Virus record (IMG/VR): IMGVR_UViG_3300018080_000019 | Coordinates: 1-64,000 of that record | Origin: a virus | Strand: one strand, 5' to 3' | Length of the DNA stretch: 64,000 nt | In this document: positions 24,441 through 33,260 of the stretch, in pieces | Position numbering within the stretch: position 1 is the first letter of the stretch | How the letters are laid out: the number at the start of each line of letters is the position of its first letter | Program-made: the position numbers and the translations under genes | Notes under the pieces: model-generated | What the model saw: the letters and a program-made list of their open reading frames with translations, nothing else | Databases searched by the model: none | Told to the model about the DNA's origin: nothing

Positions 24441-24979
24441 TGACACCATTCCAAAAACACTACCGACAGTGGAAGAACTGTGACCGATGCCTTCTCCACA
24501 CACAACGAACTCATGTAGTTATTGCTTCAGGGAATGTACCCTGTGAAATAGCTTTCATAGGGGAAGCCCCTGGTGCTTGTGAGGACGTCTTAGCCGAACC
24601 GTTCGTGGGTCCAGCGGGACACCTTCTGGACCGTATCATCAAAGAGAGCGTGCCGTTGGAAGCCACCATCGGCAAAGGCAACCTAGTAGGGTGTTTTCCC
24701 AGTGAAGTCAAGGGTGATCCTGATCGCAGCAATGAACCCCCAAAAGAAGCGATCAAAGCCTGTCGTCCACGGTTGGAAGAATTGCTAGAATTGTTTAGCC
24801 CTCGTGTGTTAGTAGCAGTTGGTGAACTAGCTGCGAAGAATCTAAAGTGGTACGACGGTGCAGAGCATAAAGTGAAGATCATTCACCCTGCTGCCATACT
24901 ACGGGCAGACGTCAGTCAACAGGGCTTGTTGATAAAGCGGTCGATCGTGACAATTTCTAATTGTTTCTTACCGTTTTAG
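24440..24979 (+). CDS. uracil-DNA glycosylase family 4-like protein
   Basis: CDRC..., IAFIGEAPGACEDVLAEPFVGPAGHLLDRII and HPAAILR are the family 4 motifs GEAPG..E and PFVG.AG. Confidence 0.75.
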   Translation: MTPFQKHYRQWKNCDRCLLHTQRTHVVIASGNVPCEIAFIGEAPGACEDVLAEPFVGPAGHLLDRIIKESVPLEATIGKGNLVGCFPSEVKGDPDRSNEPPKEAIKACRPRLEELLELFSPRVLVAVGELAAKNLKWYDGAEHKVKIIHPAAILRADVSQQGLLIKRSIVTISNCFLPF

Positions 24980-25017
24980 ACCGTGAGTAGCTTCTAAAAA
25001 ACGCCCCTTTACATGCT

Positions 25018-25030
25018 GTATAATAGGGGC
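25018..25030 (+). promoter_or_regulatory. GTATAATAGGGGC promoter-like element
   Basis: The same 13-mer occurs on the minus strand at 21645-21657 as the -10/+1 of the leftward promoter. Here it lies 32 nt upstream of the ATG at 25062. Confidence 0.5.
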
Positions 25031-25061
25031 TCCAACTACAACCCAACTACAGGAGCAAGTC

Positions 25062-26162
25062 ATGCCGAAAATCCCTACCCCCTCTTCCGTCTGGAAAGGC
25101 CCAGAACACGACGGTATCACCCAGTCCAAACTGAACCTTTTCCTGTTCTGCCGTGAACGCTTCCGCCTTAGGATGGTGGAGGGCCTCCAAAGTGCCGACG
25201 TATTCAAACGCCGGCTGGAGTACGGTAATATGTTCCACCTTTGTGAGGAGACCCTACGTACTAAAGATCAGGGTTCCTTAAAGAAGGGGTGTTGGCTTAC
25301 GGCTCTTACAAGCTATGCCAAGAAGCTATGTAAGCGATATCCACTGGAACAGACAGCCGTCGACAAGTGGTACAACGTCTGCAAAGTTCAATTCCCTATC
25401 TACGTCCGCTACTGGAAAAAGAACCAAGTCAAGGGTCTGAAGCCCATCAGCCGCGAGGAACAGTTCAGCGTCCTCTACACTCTTCCTTCAGGAAGAAAAG
25501 TGCGGCTGAGGGGAAAGGTTGACGGTGAAGATGCCATTGGAAAAGAGCATTACCTTGTAGAACACAAGACCAAAGGAGAAGTGGATGATGGGCTGATAAG
25601 ACAACAGCTCCAGTTCGATCTGCAAACAATGTTCTACCTTTGTGCGATGGAGCTCTTGGGTCGCAAACTCAACGGGGTTCGCTACAACATCATTCGTCGG
25701 CCGCTCAGTGGTGGTAAGGGTAGTATCAGGCCCTTAAAGAATGTTAACGCTGGTAAGAAGGGGCCAGATGGGAAGAAGCTACCCCCACGGCCAGAGTCTG
25801 ACAAAGAATACTACGCTCGTTTAGGTGGAATTATCGCTGAAGAGCCTGACCACTACTTCATGCGATTTCCGGTTGAGGTAACTCCTGCTGATGTGGAGCG
25901 ATTTAAGCGGGAGTTCCTCAACCCTATTCTCGAGCAACTGTGTGACTGGTGGGAATGGATACGCATTGTTGAGAACCCAGATTGCTATTTTCAATCAATT
26001 AGTGGCATTCATTGGCGGACGCCTTACGGTATTTGGAACCCCATCGCTAAGCGAGGGTTCACAGACCTAGATGAGTACCTTGCCAGTGGTAGTATGACTG
26101 GTCTTACCAAAACAGATAAGGTCTTCAAAGAATTGGAGGAAGACAATGCCGAAAGTGACTAA
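25062..26162 (+). CDS. PD-(D/E)XK nuclease family protein (RecB/Cas4-like exonuclease)
   Basis: GKVDGEDAIGKEHYLVEHKTKGE supplies the D...E-x-K motif. Lies in a replication/recombination module. Confidence 0.6.
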   Translation: MPKIPTPSSVWKGPEHDGITQSKLNLFLFCRERFRLRMVEGLQSADVFKRRLEYGNMFHLCEETLRTKDQGSLKKGCWLTALTSYAKKLCKRYPLEQTAVDKWYNVCKVQFPIYVRYWKKNQVKGLKPISREEQFSVLYTLPSGRKVRLRGKVDGEDAIGKEHYLVEHKTKGEVDDGLIRQQLQFDLQTMFYLCAMELLGRKLNGVRYNIIRRPLSGGKGSIRPLKNVNAGKKGPDGKKLPPRPESDKEYYARLGGIIAEEPDHYFMRFPVEVTPADVERFKREFLNPILEQLCDWWEWIRIVENPDCYFQSISGIHWRTPYGIWNPIAKRGFTDLDEYLASGSMTGLTKTDKVFKELEEDNAESD

Positions 26163-26982
26163 ACTCAAACCACGGTCCAAACGTGTCTCTAAGAAAAGTC
26201 TGAAGGGGATCGCTGGTAGGATCAGGTCTGTTAGCGATACGTTCGGGGGCATCAAGTTGTTGCTCTACGGTCAAAGCAAGACCGGGAAAACCCGACTGGC
26301 TTGTACCTTTCCAAAGCCCCTGCTCCTTATAGGGGTCGCCGGTTACGGTATAGAAAGGGGAACCAAGAGTGTCTCCAACGTGAAAGGGGTAGACTTTGTC
26401 GGCCTAGAACGTACGGAGGAACTGGAAACCCTTATCAAGCTAGACTACGCTTCCTTTGTCTTAGACACGGCTGGAGGCTTGCAAGAACGGGTGGTCAACG
26501 AGTACACCCAACACGAAGCCACCGTGCGAAAGGATTGGCGACATGTCAGTAAGTCTGACTGGGGGCCAATCAACAGTAAGACGATGGAGGTACTCCAACT
26601 CCTGCTGAACTTGGCAGACTCTGAGAAGAAGTCCATCATAATAATCGCCCACGAACGGGCGTTCAATACGGATAGCGAAAGCGACTTGCTGATCCCCCAT
26701 GTGGGAGCAGCGTTGACTCCTGGTGTTGCTTCATGGCTCGACGGAGCGTCTGACTATATCGGTCAGTGTTACAAAAGGGAAGAAACCAGGAAGGAAACAA
26801 TCACCGTGGGGGATGAGGAAGTCGTTCAACACGTTCCCACCGGCAAGATTCAGTATTGCTTGAGGGTGGGTGAAGATCCGGTTTACAAAACAGGTTTTCG
26901 CGTCCCTGTTGGAACCGTGCTGCCTGACGCGATTGTGAATCCTACGTTTTCCAAATTGAAAGAGTTGATGAAAGGAGCGTGA
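26146..26982 (+). CDS. AAA_24 / Sak4-like RecA-fold ATPase
   Basis: Walker A LLLYGQSKTGKTRLA and Walker B SFVLDTAG, with IIIAHE. Synteny with the nuclease and polymerase. Confidence 0.6.
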   Translation: MPKVTKLKPRSKRVSKKSLKGIAGRIRSVSDTFGGIKLLLYGQSKTGKTRLACTFPKPLLLIGVAGYGIERGTKSVSNVKGVDFVGLERTEELETLIKLDYASFVLDTAGGLQERVVNEYTQHEATVRKDWRHVSKSDWGPINSKTMEVLQLLLNLADSEKKSIIIIAHERAFNTDSESDLLIPHVGAALTPGVASWLDGASDYIGQCYKREETRKETITVGDEEVVQHVPTGKIQYCLRVGEDPVYKTGFRVPVGTVLPDAIVNPTFSKLKELMKGA

Positions 26983-26984
26983 CA

Positions 26985-28028
26985 ATGCCGTCTACCAAGA
27001 CCAAAAGCAAGTTCGCAGCGAGCATGGGAAAGGAAGGAGCTCAAGCGGTTGCAAAGCACCGTGGAGATGCCACGAACTACGGTAACGTGGATCTTCCTGC
27101 CGGGATCGAGGGGGGCGTAGCCCAACTCATCGACTGCCGCCTTTCCCAGATCAAACCTGGGAAGAAGAACGCTGGAATGTGGTTCTTCATCGCAGCGGGT
27201 TCGGTCATTTCCCCAGAGCAGTACAACGGTATTCCAACCAAAGGCCTCCGCACTCAGATCATGGAAGTGATTGGTAATACCCCCACTCGGTCCAGAAAGA
27301 CCGTCGATGAGCACATCGAGTGGGTGCTCAACGAAGTACGTAAGTTCGGGGTGGACACCAAGAAGATCACGATCAACGAGTTGGAGACCGTGCTTGCAGC
27401 CCTCAAAAAGAAGAAGCCGAAGTTCCGGTTTCGCACTTGGAAGGGGCAGAAGCAAACGGAAGGCCCTTACGCTGGTATGGAGCCTATGACCCAGCATTCC
27501 TGGAATGGGCTCTACACTGGCGAAACCGAAGCCCCTGCTCCCCCTGTTCAAGACGATTCAGGGCCTGAAGAGCCTGAAGAGCCTGACGTTGAAGACGTTG
27601 AGGAAGAGGAAGGTGAAGAAGTAAACTTCCTCGAGCTAGGTGAACAGGCAGACGCTGGTGACGAGGACGCACTCACCGCTCTTGTCGACGCCGCTAAGGA
27701 AGCGGGCATCGATCCTGAAGACGACGAGTACGATACTTGGATGAAACTGGCCGAAGCCCTTGACGGTGCTGAAGGGGAGGAAGAGGAGGGGGAAGAAGAG
27801 GAAGAGGAAGAGGAAGAGGAAGAGGAAGAAGAGTTCGAGCCGCCTCAAAAGGAAGAGGTCTTCCTCTACAAGCCCCCTCGAAAAAAGAAGGCCATCGAGG
27901 TCGAGGTTCTTGCCGTCAACAGTAAGAAGAAAACTGTTACGGTCAAGAACAGTGAGACCGGCAAGAAGTTGAAGGGTGTGATCCCTTGGGATAAGCTCCA
28001 GGAAATCACGGTCGACGACGACGAGTAA
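26985..28028 (+). CDS. acidic protein, possible ssDNA-binding or recombination accessory protein
   Basis: ATG 26985 with AAGGAG 7 nt upstream. Poly-Glu tract (EEEEGEEEEEEEEEEEEEEF) and an acidic C-terminus (VDDDE). Function inferred from position only. Confidence 0.4.
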   Translation: MPSTKTKSKFAASMGKEGAQAVAKHRGDATNYGNVDLPAGIEGGVAQLIDCRLSQIKPGKKNAGMWFFIAAGSVISPEQYNGIPTKGLRTQIMEVIGNTPTRSRKTVDEHIEWVLNEVRKFGVDTKKITINELETVLAALKKKKPKFRFRTWKGQKQTEGPYAGMEPMTQHSWNGLYTGETEAPAPPVQDDSGPEEPEEPDVEDVEEEEGEEVNFLELGEQADAGDEDALTALVDAAKEAGIDPEDDEYDTWMKLAEALDGAEGEEEEGEEEEEEEEEEEEEEFEPPQKEEVFLYKPPRKKKAIEVEVLAVNSKKKTVTVKNSETGKKLKGVIPWDKLQEITVDDDE

Positions 28029-28095
28029 CACGCCGACGGTAGCAGGGGAGGGGATAAAAGTCTGCCCCTTGGCTTCCCCTCTTCCTGCTACTACT

Positions 28096-28163
28096 GGTCC
28101 TGTGTGGTAGCAACCGAAAGGGTTGTGATAGGGCAATCGCAGGTTCGAGTCCTGCCAGGACCA
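28096..28163 (+). tRNA. tRNA-like element / degenerate tRNA (68 nt, non-canonical D and anticodon regions)
   Basis: Perfect 7-bp acceptor GGTCCTG/CAGGACC and discriminator A. T arm is GCAGG-TTCGAGT-CCTGC. Only 36 nt lie between. The single helix there is GCAAC-CGAAAGG-GTTGT, with no U33 and anticodon position AAA. No D stem. Confidence 0.4.
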
Positions 28164-28264
28164 TTCACAAGAAGCCCTGTAGTTGGTACCGTCACTGCTA
28201 GGGCAGGTAGACTATCCGCTACCCTAGTCCCTGCTCTAGCACACGGTACAGGAAGGAAGCCACT

Positions 28265-28408
28265 ATGCCGAAAATTCCTGCTAGACTAAAGAAACGCAAG
28301 AAACACAAGAAAGCTAAGAAGCGTGAGTGCATCGCTTGTCAAGGGACGGGAGTTAGTAGCAAGGGGCGTAGGTGTGTTCCTTGTCTAGGGACGGGGTGGG
28401 TAAAGTGA
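28265..28408 (+). CDS. 47-aa DnaJ-type zinc-finger mini-protein
   Basis: MPKIPARLKKRKKHKKAKKRECIACQGTGVSSKGRRCVPCLGTGWVK has two CxxCxGxG motifs. GTGA overlap with the next gene. Below the track threshold. Confidence 0.4.
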   Translation: MPKIPARLKKRKKHKKAKKRECIACQGTGVSSKGRRCVPCLGTGWVK

Positions 28409-28989
28409 GTGACTTTACTGACTACGTTCAGAAGTCGTTGAAGGAGACACGGGCTAGGAGGCCTCGACAAAAGAAGATAGTTACTCGGCCCGAACTACTC
28501 TTACACCCAAACATCCCTGCCCCTCTCCATGGTCTAGCACCTAGAACCATTATGGGCAGCAAGTGGTGGGAGGCTACTAGAGAAGCAGCCTACCGTAAGG
28601 CTCACTACTGTTGTTTGGCTTGCGGTGTCCACAAAAGCAAAGCTAAGTTCCGTCAATGGTTGGAAGCCCACGAAACCTACCAGATCGACTGGCATAAAGG
28701 TCGTTCTGAGTACATAGAAACCGTGGCCCTTTGCCATTGTTGTCATAACTACATTCACAGTGGACGGTTGGAAGCTTTGCTCGAGGAAGGGCGGATTTCC
28801 CACGCGAAGTTCGCAGCAATCCATAGGCACGGTGACGAGATTCTTGCAAAGGCTGGACTAGCAAAGAAGGTGACTCTTGTTTCCAACGAGGCTCCTTGGG
28901 GGAAGTGGAGACTAGTGTTCAACGGTAAGCTTTACAAGCCAAAGTACAAGACCAAGAAGGCTTGGGAAAGGGCTTATGGGAATGATTAG
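28405..28989 (+). CDS. HNH endonuclease-like protein
   Basis: In-frame GTG at 28405 overlapping the upstream stop. Contains CLACGVHK...LEAHETY...CHCCHNYIH. Confidence 0.55.
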   Translation: MSDFTDYVQKSLKETRARRPRQKKIVTRPELLLHPNIPAPLHGLAPRTIMGSKWWEATREAAYRKAHYCCLACGVHKSKAKFRQWLEAHETYQIDWHKGRSEYIETVALCHCCHNYIHSGRLEALLEEGRISHAKFAAIHRHGDEILAKAGLAKKVTLVSNEAPWGKWRLVFNGKLYKPKYKTKKAWERAYGND

Positions 28990-31150
28990 CTTAGACACGG
29001 AGACTACCGGACTTGACTTGAGGCACGGTGCGAAGCCTTACCTTGTAACTACTTGCAACGAAGACATGGAGAACATCTACTGGGAGTGGGACGTTGACCC
29101 TTACACTCGAGAACCCAAGATCCCACGGAGGGACTTGAACCACGTTAAGCGGTTAATCAAAAAGGCCGACCTCCTGGTCTTGCAGAACCCTAAATTCGAT
29201 GTCTGTGCCCTTGCTCAGATTGGCATCAATGACTGGCCGTGGCACAAGACACGGGATACACTCATGGCGGGTCACTTGCTTGCCAGCAATCAGCCACATG
29301 ATCTGGCTACGATGGCCTTGATCTACGCAGACATAAACATCCAACCGTTGGAAGACACTATGAAGGGGGCTGTTGACGCGGCACGTTCCTACATACGTAG
29401 AGAGTTCAAAAAGCGACCGTGGCGACTAGCCCAAAGCGGCTTGCCAGAAATGCCGAGTGTGAAGGGGAGTAACAAGAAGCGAAAGGCTCGAGGGGGTGAA
29501 GAGTGTGGACCGTGGAAGCACGATGCTTGGGTGCCTAGAACACTCGCTTCGCAGTTGGACTACCCTAAGGATCATAGTTGGTGGGGAGTCACCAGTGACT
29601 ACGCTAACGGTGACAGTTCAAGTACCCTATTAGTCTATCTAAAGCAAGAGAAGCTTTTGAAGGAGAGGGGCTTGTGGAAAATCTACCTCGAAAGCCTCAA
29701 GCTCTTGCCTGTCATCTACGCTATGGAATCTCACGGTGTAACTCTAAACGTTGACCGTTGCGTAGAACTGATTGGCATCTACGAGAAGGACACTCAACGG
29801 CGGAAACGCATCTGTCTCCGGGCTGCTGGCGGTCAGCTCAAGGACCTACCGAAGGGCAGTAGGAGCAAGGCACTGACGAACGTTTTGCTGGGAACCCCCT
29901 GCGAGGACTGTAACGGTGAAGGGTACTTGTGGAACGAGACGGGTGGAGGCAAGAAGTCTTGTACTACTTGTTTTGGTAAGGGTCGCCACGGTGGATTTGG
30001 ACTTGTAAGCAATAAGACGACTCCAAAGGGGGCTCCCTGCTTGGACAAGGAAGTGTTGGAACACTGGTCTACTACTCTCAATCCACGGTCAAAAGCCTGT
30101 TTGTTTGTCCGTAACCTCAGGGAGTATCGCAAGCGGGCGACGGCCCTTAGCTACTTGCGGAGCTACGAAAAGTTCTGCCTCCCAACCGAAGCCGGAGAGT
30201 CGTGGCAGGTACTCCACCCCTCCCTGAATCCCACGGGTACTAGTACCCTTCGCTGTAGTAGCAACAATCCAAATGAACAGAACATTAGTAAGAAAGAAGG
30301 GTTCAACCTCCGCTACGTGTTTGGCCCTCTTCCTGGCCGTGAGTGGTGGAGCCTAGATGCTAAGAATATCGAGCTGAGAATACCTGCCTACGAGTGTGGA
30401 GAGCCGGAAGTTATAGAGTTGTTTGAGCATCCAAACATCCCGCCCTACTATGGTAGTGCCCACCTCCTAAACTTCAGCACCATCTACCCAGAAATCTGGG
30501 AGAAGGAGTTGGACGCTGTAGGGTTTGAAAAAGTGGGACCACACTGTAAGAAAAAGTATGAGTCGACGTGGTATCAGTGGTGCAAGAACTTCGACTTTGC
30601 CGTGCAGTATGGGGCGGTCCTAAAAGTAGATTCTGTCGGTACGGCTGACCGAGCGGCTCACAAGGAAGGGGCTCACGCTCTTGTCAAGGCACGGTTCGGC
30701 AAGCTGGATAGCCACAATCAGGCTTGCATAGACTTTGCCAAGAAGCACGGGTATATTGAGACTATACCTGATAAGAACGTAGATAAGGAGCGGGGGTATC
30801 CCCTGCTTTGCACAAGGAATCGGTGGGGAGGGGTAAAGCCTACGATCCCCCTCAACTACCGTACTCAGGGAACGGCAATGTGGTGGATGAGGAAAGGTAT
30901 GGTTCGATGTCACGCCTACTTGCAAACCTTGCCAGACCATCACATGGTGATGCAGGTCCACGACGAACTCGTGTTCGACATGCCCAAACGAAGACTCCGT
31001 GGTCGGAAGCCCTGGGAAGGCAACCGTACGATCGCTGCCGAACTGAAACGTCTTATGGAATTGGGTGGTGAAGACATTGGACTTCCAACACCCGTCAGCG
31101 TAACATACCACGAACACAACTGGAGTGAAGGGCTAGTCCTCTCAATATAA
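28976..31150 (+). CDS. family A DNA polymerase with 3'-5' exonuclease domain
   Basis: Exo I LDTETTGL and Exo II LQNPKFDV. Motif A SLDAKNIELRIPAY, motif B KNFDFAVQYGA, motif C MQVHDELVFD. Carries a CxxCxGxG...CxxCxGxG insertion at 29900-29993. Confidence 0.9.
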   Translation: MGMISLDTETTGLDLRHGAKPYLVTTCNEDMENIYWEWDVDPYTREPKIPRRDLNHVKRLIKKADLLVLQNPKFDVCALAQIGINDWPWHKTRDTLMAGHLLASNQPHDLATMALIYADINIQPLEDTMKGAVDAARSYIRREFKKRPWRLAQSGLPEMPSVKGSNKKRKARGGEECGPWKHDAWVPRTLASQLDYPKDHSWWGVTSDYANGDSSSTLLVYLKQEKLLKERGLWKIYLESLKLLPVIYAMESHGVTLNVDRCVELIGIYEKDTQRRKRICLRAAGGQLKDLPKGSRSKALTNVLLGTPCEDCNGEGYLWNETGGGKKSCTTCFGKGRHGGFGLVSNKTTPKGAPCLDKEVLEHWSTTLNPRSKACLFVRNLREYRKRATALSYLRSYEKFCLPTEAGESWQVLHPSLNPTGTSTLRCSSNNPNEQNISKKEGFNLRYVFGPLPGREWWSLDAKNIELRIPAYECGEPEVIELFEHPNIPPYYGSAHLLNFSTIYPEIWEKELDAVGFEKVGPHCKKKYESTWYQWCKNFDFAVQYGAVLKVDSVGTADRAAHKEGAHALVKARFGKLDSHNQACIDFAKKHGYIETIPDKNVDKERGYPLLCTRNRWGGVKPTIPLNYRTQGTAMWWMRKGMVRCHAYLQTLPDHHMVMQVHDELVFDMPKRRLRGRKPWEGNRTIAAELKRLMELGGEDIGLPTPVSVTYHEHNWSEGLVLSI

Positions 31151-31161
31151 GGAGACTTACT

Positions 31162-31389
31162 ATGGAATTCACTAAGACCTGTATCACCTGTTTGTACTGT
31201 CAGAAACACCCACGGGAAGTTGGACAGGGCTTCTGTCAAAGGTTCCCTCCAACAGTCTCTGCAGTAACCGTCCCTGGTCCCACAAGGAACAGTCTACAGA
31301 TCCAAACGATTACGTCATACCCAAAAGTAACTCTAAAAGAGCATACCTGTGCTGAATACGTGCGAAAGGAGCCTACTAATGGAGGTTGA
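31162..31389 (+). CDS. hypothetical Cys-rich small protein
   Basis: GGAGA upstream. Contains CITCLYC..C residues. Confidence 0.4.
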   Translation: MEFTKTCITCLYCQKHPREVGQGFCQRFPPTVSAVTVPGPTRNSLQIQTITSYPKVTLKEHTCAEYVRKEPTNGG

Positions 31390-32335
31390 AAAGGTGCGGG
31401 AGCATAAGAAGCCATTCACAAGGTTCTGGTATTGGATCAAAGAACGGCATAAGATTTACCTCAAGAAGCAAGCAGCAATGCCGAAGCCCTGGACCGACGA
31501 CGAGATCTTACAGAACTACTTCTTCACAAATCCTTACCGTGAACTAGACAAGACTACGCAATGGCTTCGCCGGCACGTTAGGGAACCCTTTGCAGATGAT
31601 CCAGCGATTTTCGTGGCCACGGTGATTTTCCGCTGGTTCAATCGTATTTCTACAGGGCACTTGTTGAGGTATGGTCGTCCCATAAACCACGGGTGTTCCG
31701 GGAGCCCTTGGAAGGTTAAGAAAGAGTATTGCTACCTCTACACTTGGAACGAGAAGGATGTTGTTACCGTGCTGGAAAAGGCACGGAAACATGGACCAGT
31801 GTTTACGGGGGCGTATATGATCAAAGCTGGTAACGGTCCTAAAGGTTGTAAGATCGCGAGCGTCTGTAAGGCAATCAGTTCTGTGTGGGAGGACCGTGAA
31901 GAACTGGTCGATCTCTGCCTCGAGTCTTCCAGCCTTGAAAAAGTATGGCAACGGTTGCTCAAGTTCGACTACCTTGGGAAGTTCATGGCTTATGAAATAG
32001 TGTGTGACCTTCGCTACACCTATCTTCTCAGGGATGCCGTGGATGTGCTTACGTGGGCCAATCCTGGTCCTGGAGCGAAGCGGGGACTTGCCAGAATGGA
32101 GGGGCGTATTCCAATTAGTCCAACGGGGCGTACGAGGCGGTTTGTGAAGGTAGACCATCCTATTGAGAAGATGCGTGGACTGCTTGCCAGGGTTTCTGGT
32201 AAGCTAGCTCTTTTAGATATGCCCCCCTTCGAGCTCCGTGAGATAGAGCACTCTCTGTGTGAGTGGGACAAGTACGAACGGGCTCTGTGGGGCAAGGGTG
32301 GCAAAATGAAAAGGAGGTATGATGGCTCTGCCTAG
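31379..32335 (+). CDS. putative DNA base hypermodification protein (aGPT-pyrophosphorylase / amino-acid:DNA transferase-like)
   Basis: ATG 31379 with AAGGAG 7 nt upstream. The N-terminus FWYWIKERHKIYLKKQAAMPKPWTDDEILQNYFFTNPYRELDKTTQW matches my recollection of that family (W..ER..I......PWT.D.IL....F.N.YRE.D..T). This was not verified by search. Confidence 0.45.
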   Translation: MEVEKVREHKKPFTRFWYWIKERHKIYLKKQAAMPKPWTDDEILQNYFFTNPYRELDKTTQWLRRHVREPFADDPAIFVATVIFRWFNRISTGHLLRYGRPINHGCSGSPWKVKKEYCYLYTWNEKDVVTVLEKARKHGPVFTGAYMIKAGNGPKGCKIASVCKAISSVWEDREELVDLCLESSSLEKVWQRLLKFDYLGKFMAYEIVCDLRYTYLLRDAVDVLTWANPGPGAKRGLARMEGRIPISPTGRTRRFVKVDHPIEKMRGLLARVSGKLALLDMPPFELREIEHSLCEWDKYERALWGKGGKMKRRYDGSA

Positions 32336-32534
32336 CTTTATAGAATTGTTGGAGTGGTGGGGTGATCTTACCGACGGGGACCGTAGGAACTTTATTACAC
32401 TCATCGAGTTGGAAAACCTCAATATTATCGACAGGATACCAGACAATAAATATAGGGAGATGGCATTGACTGCCTACATTATCAATTCCAGTACGAAACC
32501 ACTCTCTGAGTATGAGTTGGAGGAGGAAATATGA
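32319..32534 (+). CDS. hypothetical protein
   Basis: AGGAGG upstream. Coupled to its neighbours. Confidence 0.4.
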   Translation: MMALPSFIELLEWWGDLTDGDRRNFITLIELENLNIIDRIPDNKYREMALTAYIINSSTKPLSEYELEEEI

Positions 32535-32731
32535 TGTGTGCTGAAGGTTGTATTATTAAGCAGAACCAGACCTTCAACCAGGATGAGGCTAATCACCTAG
32601 TTGATTGTCTCCACTGTTCAGCGGTACTAGAACGGCTGGAACTGGCGGCTAACAGGAATGGTGGAGACACTGGATTCCTTGCAGCCGTGATCCGTGCCCT
32701 ATTGTTAGAAAGGATGTGCGATGATTTTTGA
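32531..32731 (+). CDS. hypothetical protein
   Basis: GGAGGAGG upstream, with ATGATG. Confidence 0.4.
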   Translation: MMCAEGCIIKQNQTFNQDEANHLVDCLHCSAVLERLELAANRNGGDTGFLAAVIRALLLERMCDDF

Positions 32732-33260
32732 CATACGTGGAACACATGGTAGCGGTAAGAGTTGGATCGTGCATCAGTTGTTGAAAAAGTTCGACTTTGA
32801 ACCAGTTGAACAACTCGGTATCCACCTTGGCTACTACAGTCAGCAACTAGACACTGGGATTCTCGGCAAGTATCGTAACATCTGCGGGGGTTGCGACGGT
32901 ATTAAGAGTGCCGACGAAGTGTGCCGGAGGGTGCGATTGTTCAAGGAGAAGTACCACCACACCATCCTTGAGGGTATTCTTGTCTCCCACACGTTCAAGC
33001 GGTACCACGAGTTAGCCGAAGAGCTAGGGGACTACACGTTTCTATTCCTAGACACGCCTGAGGAAGTGTGTATCGCCCGTGTGAGGAAACGACGGTTCCA
33101 CGCTGGTAGGACCAAACCATTCAACCCCTTTCATCTCAAGAATGACTACAGGCAGATTTGGACAAACGTCAGGGTTAAGATGGGAGAAGCTGGTCATAAT
33201 ATAGTCGTCTTGAATCACCGCGACCCTATGCCACAAGTCTTGGAGCTCCTCAATGCCTAA
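32721..33260 (+). CDS. P-loop kinase (candidate 5-hmdU DNA kinase type)
   Basis: N-terminal Walker A IRGTHGSGKSW. Small size (179 aa). Lies next to the hypermodification-like gene. Confidence 0.5.
   Translation: MIFDIRGTHGSGKSWIVHQLLKKFDFEPVEQLGIHLGYYSQQLDTGILGKYRNICGGCDGIKSADEVCRRVRLFKEKYHHTILEGILVSHTFKRYHELAEELGDYTFLFLDTPEEVCIARVRKRRFHAGRTKPFNPFHLKNDYRQIWTNVRVKMGEAGHNIVVLNHRDPMPQVLELLNA

Noticed and set aside
26883-28136. Minus-strand ORFs 26883-27551 (222 aa) and 27636-28136 (166 aa)
   Set aside because: They are antisense to well-supported plus-strand genes. The second is generated by the complement of the GAA/GAG poly-Glu tract (FLFLFLF...).
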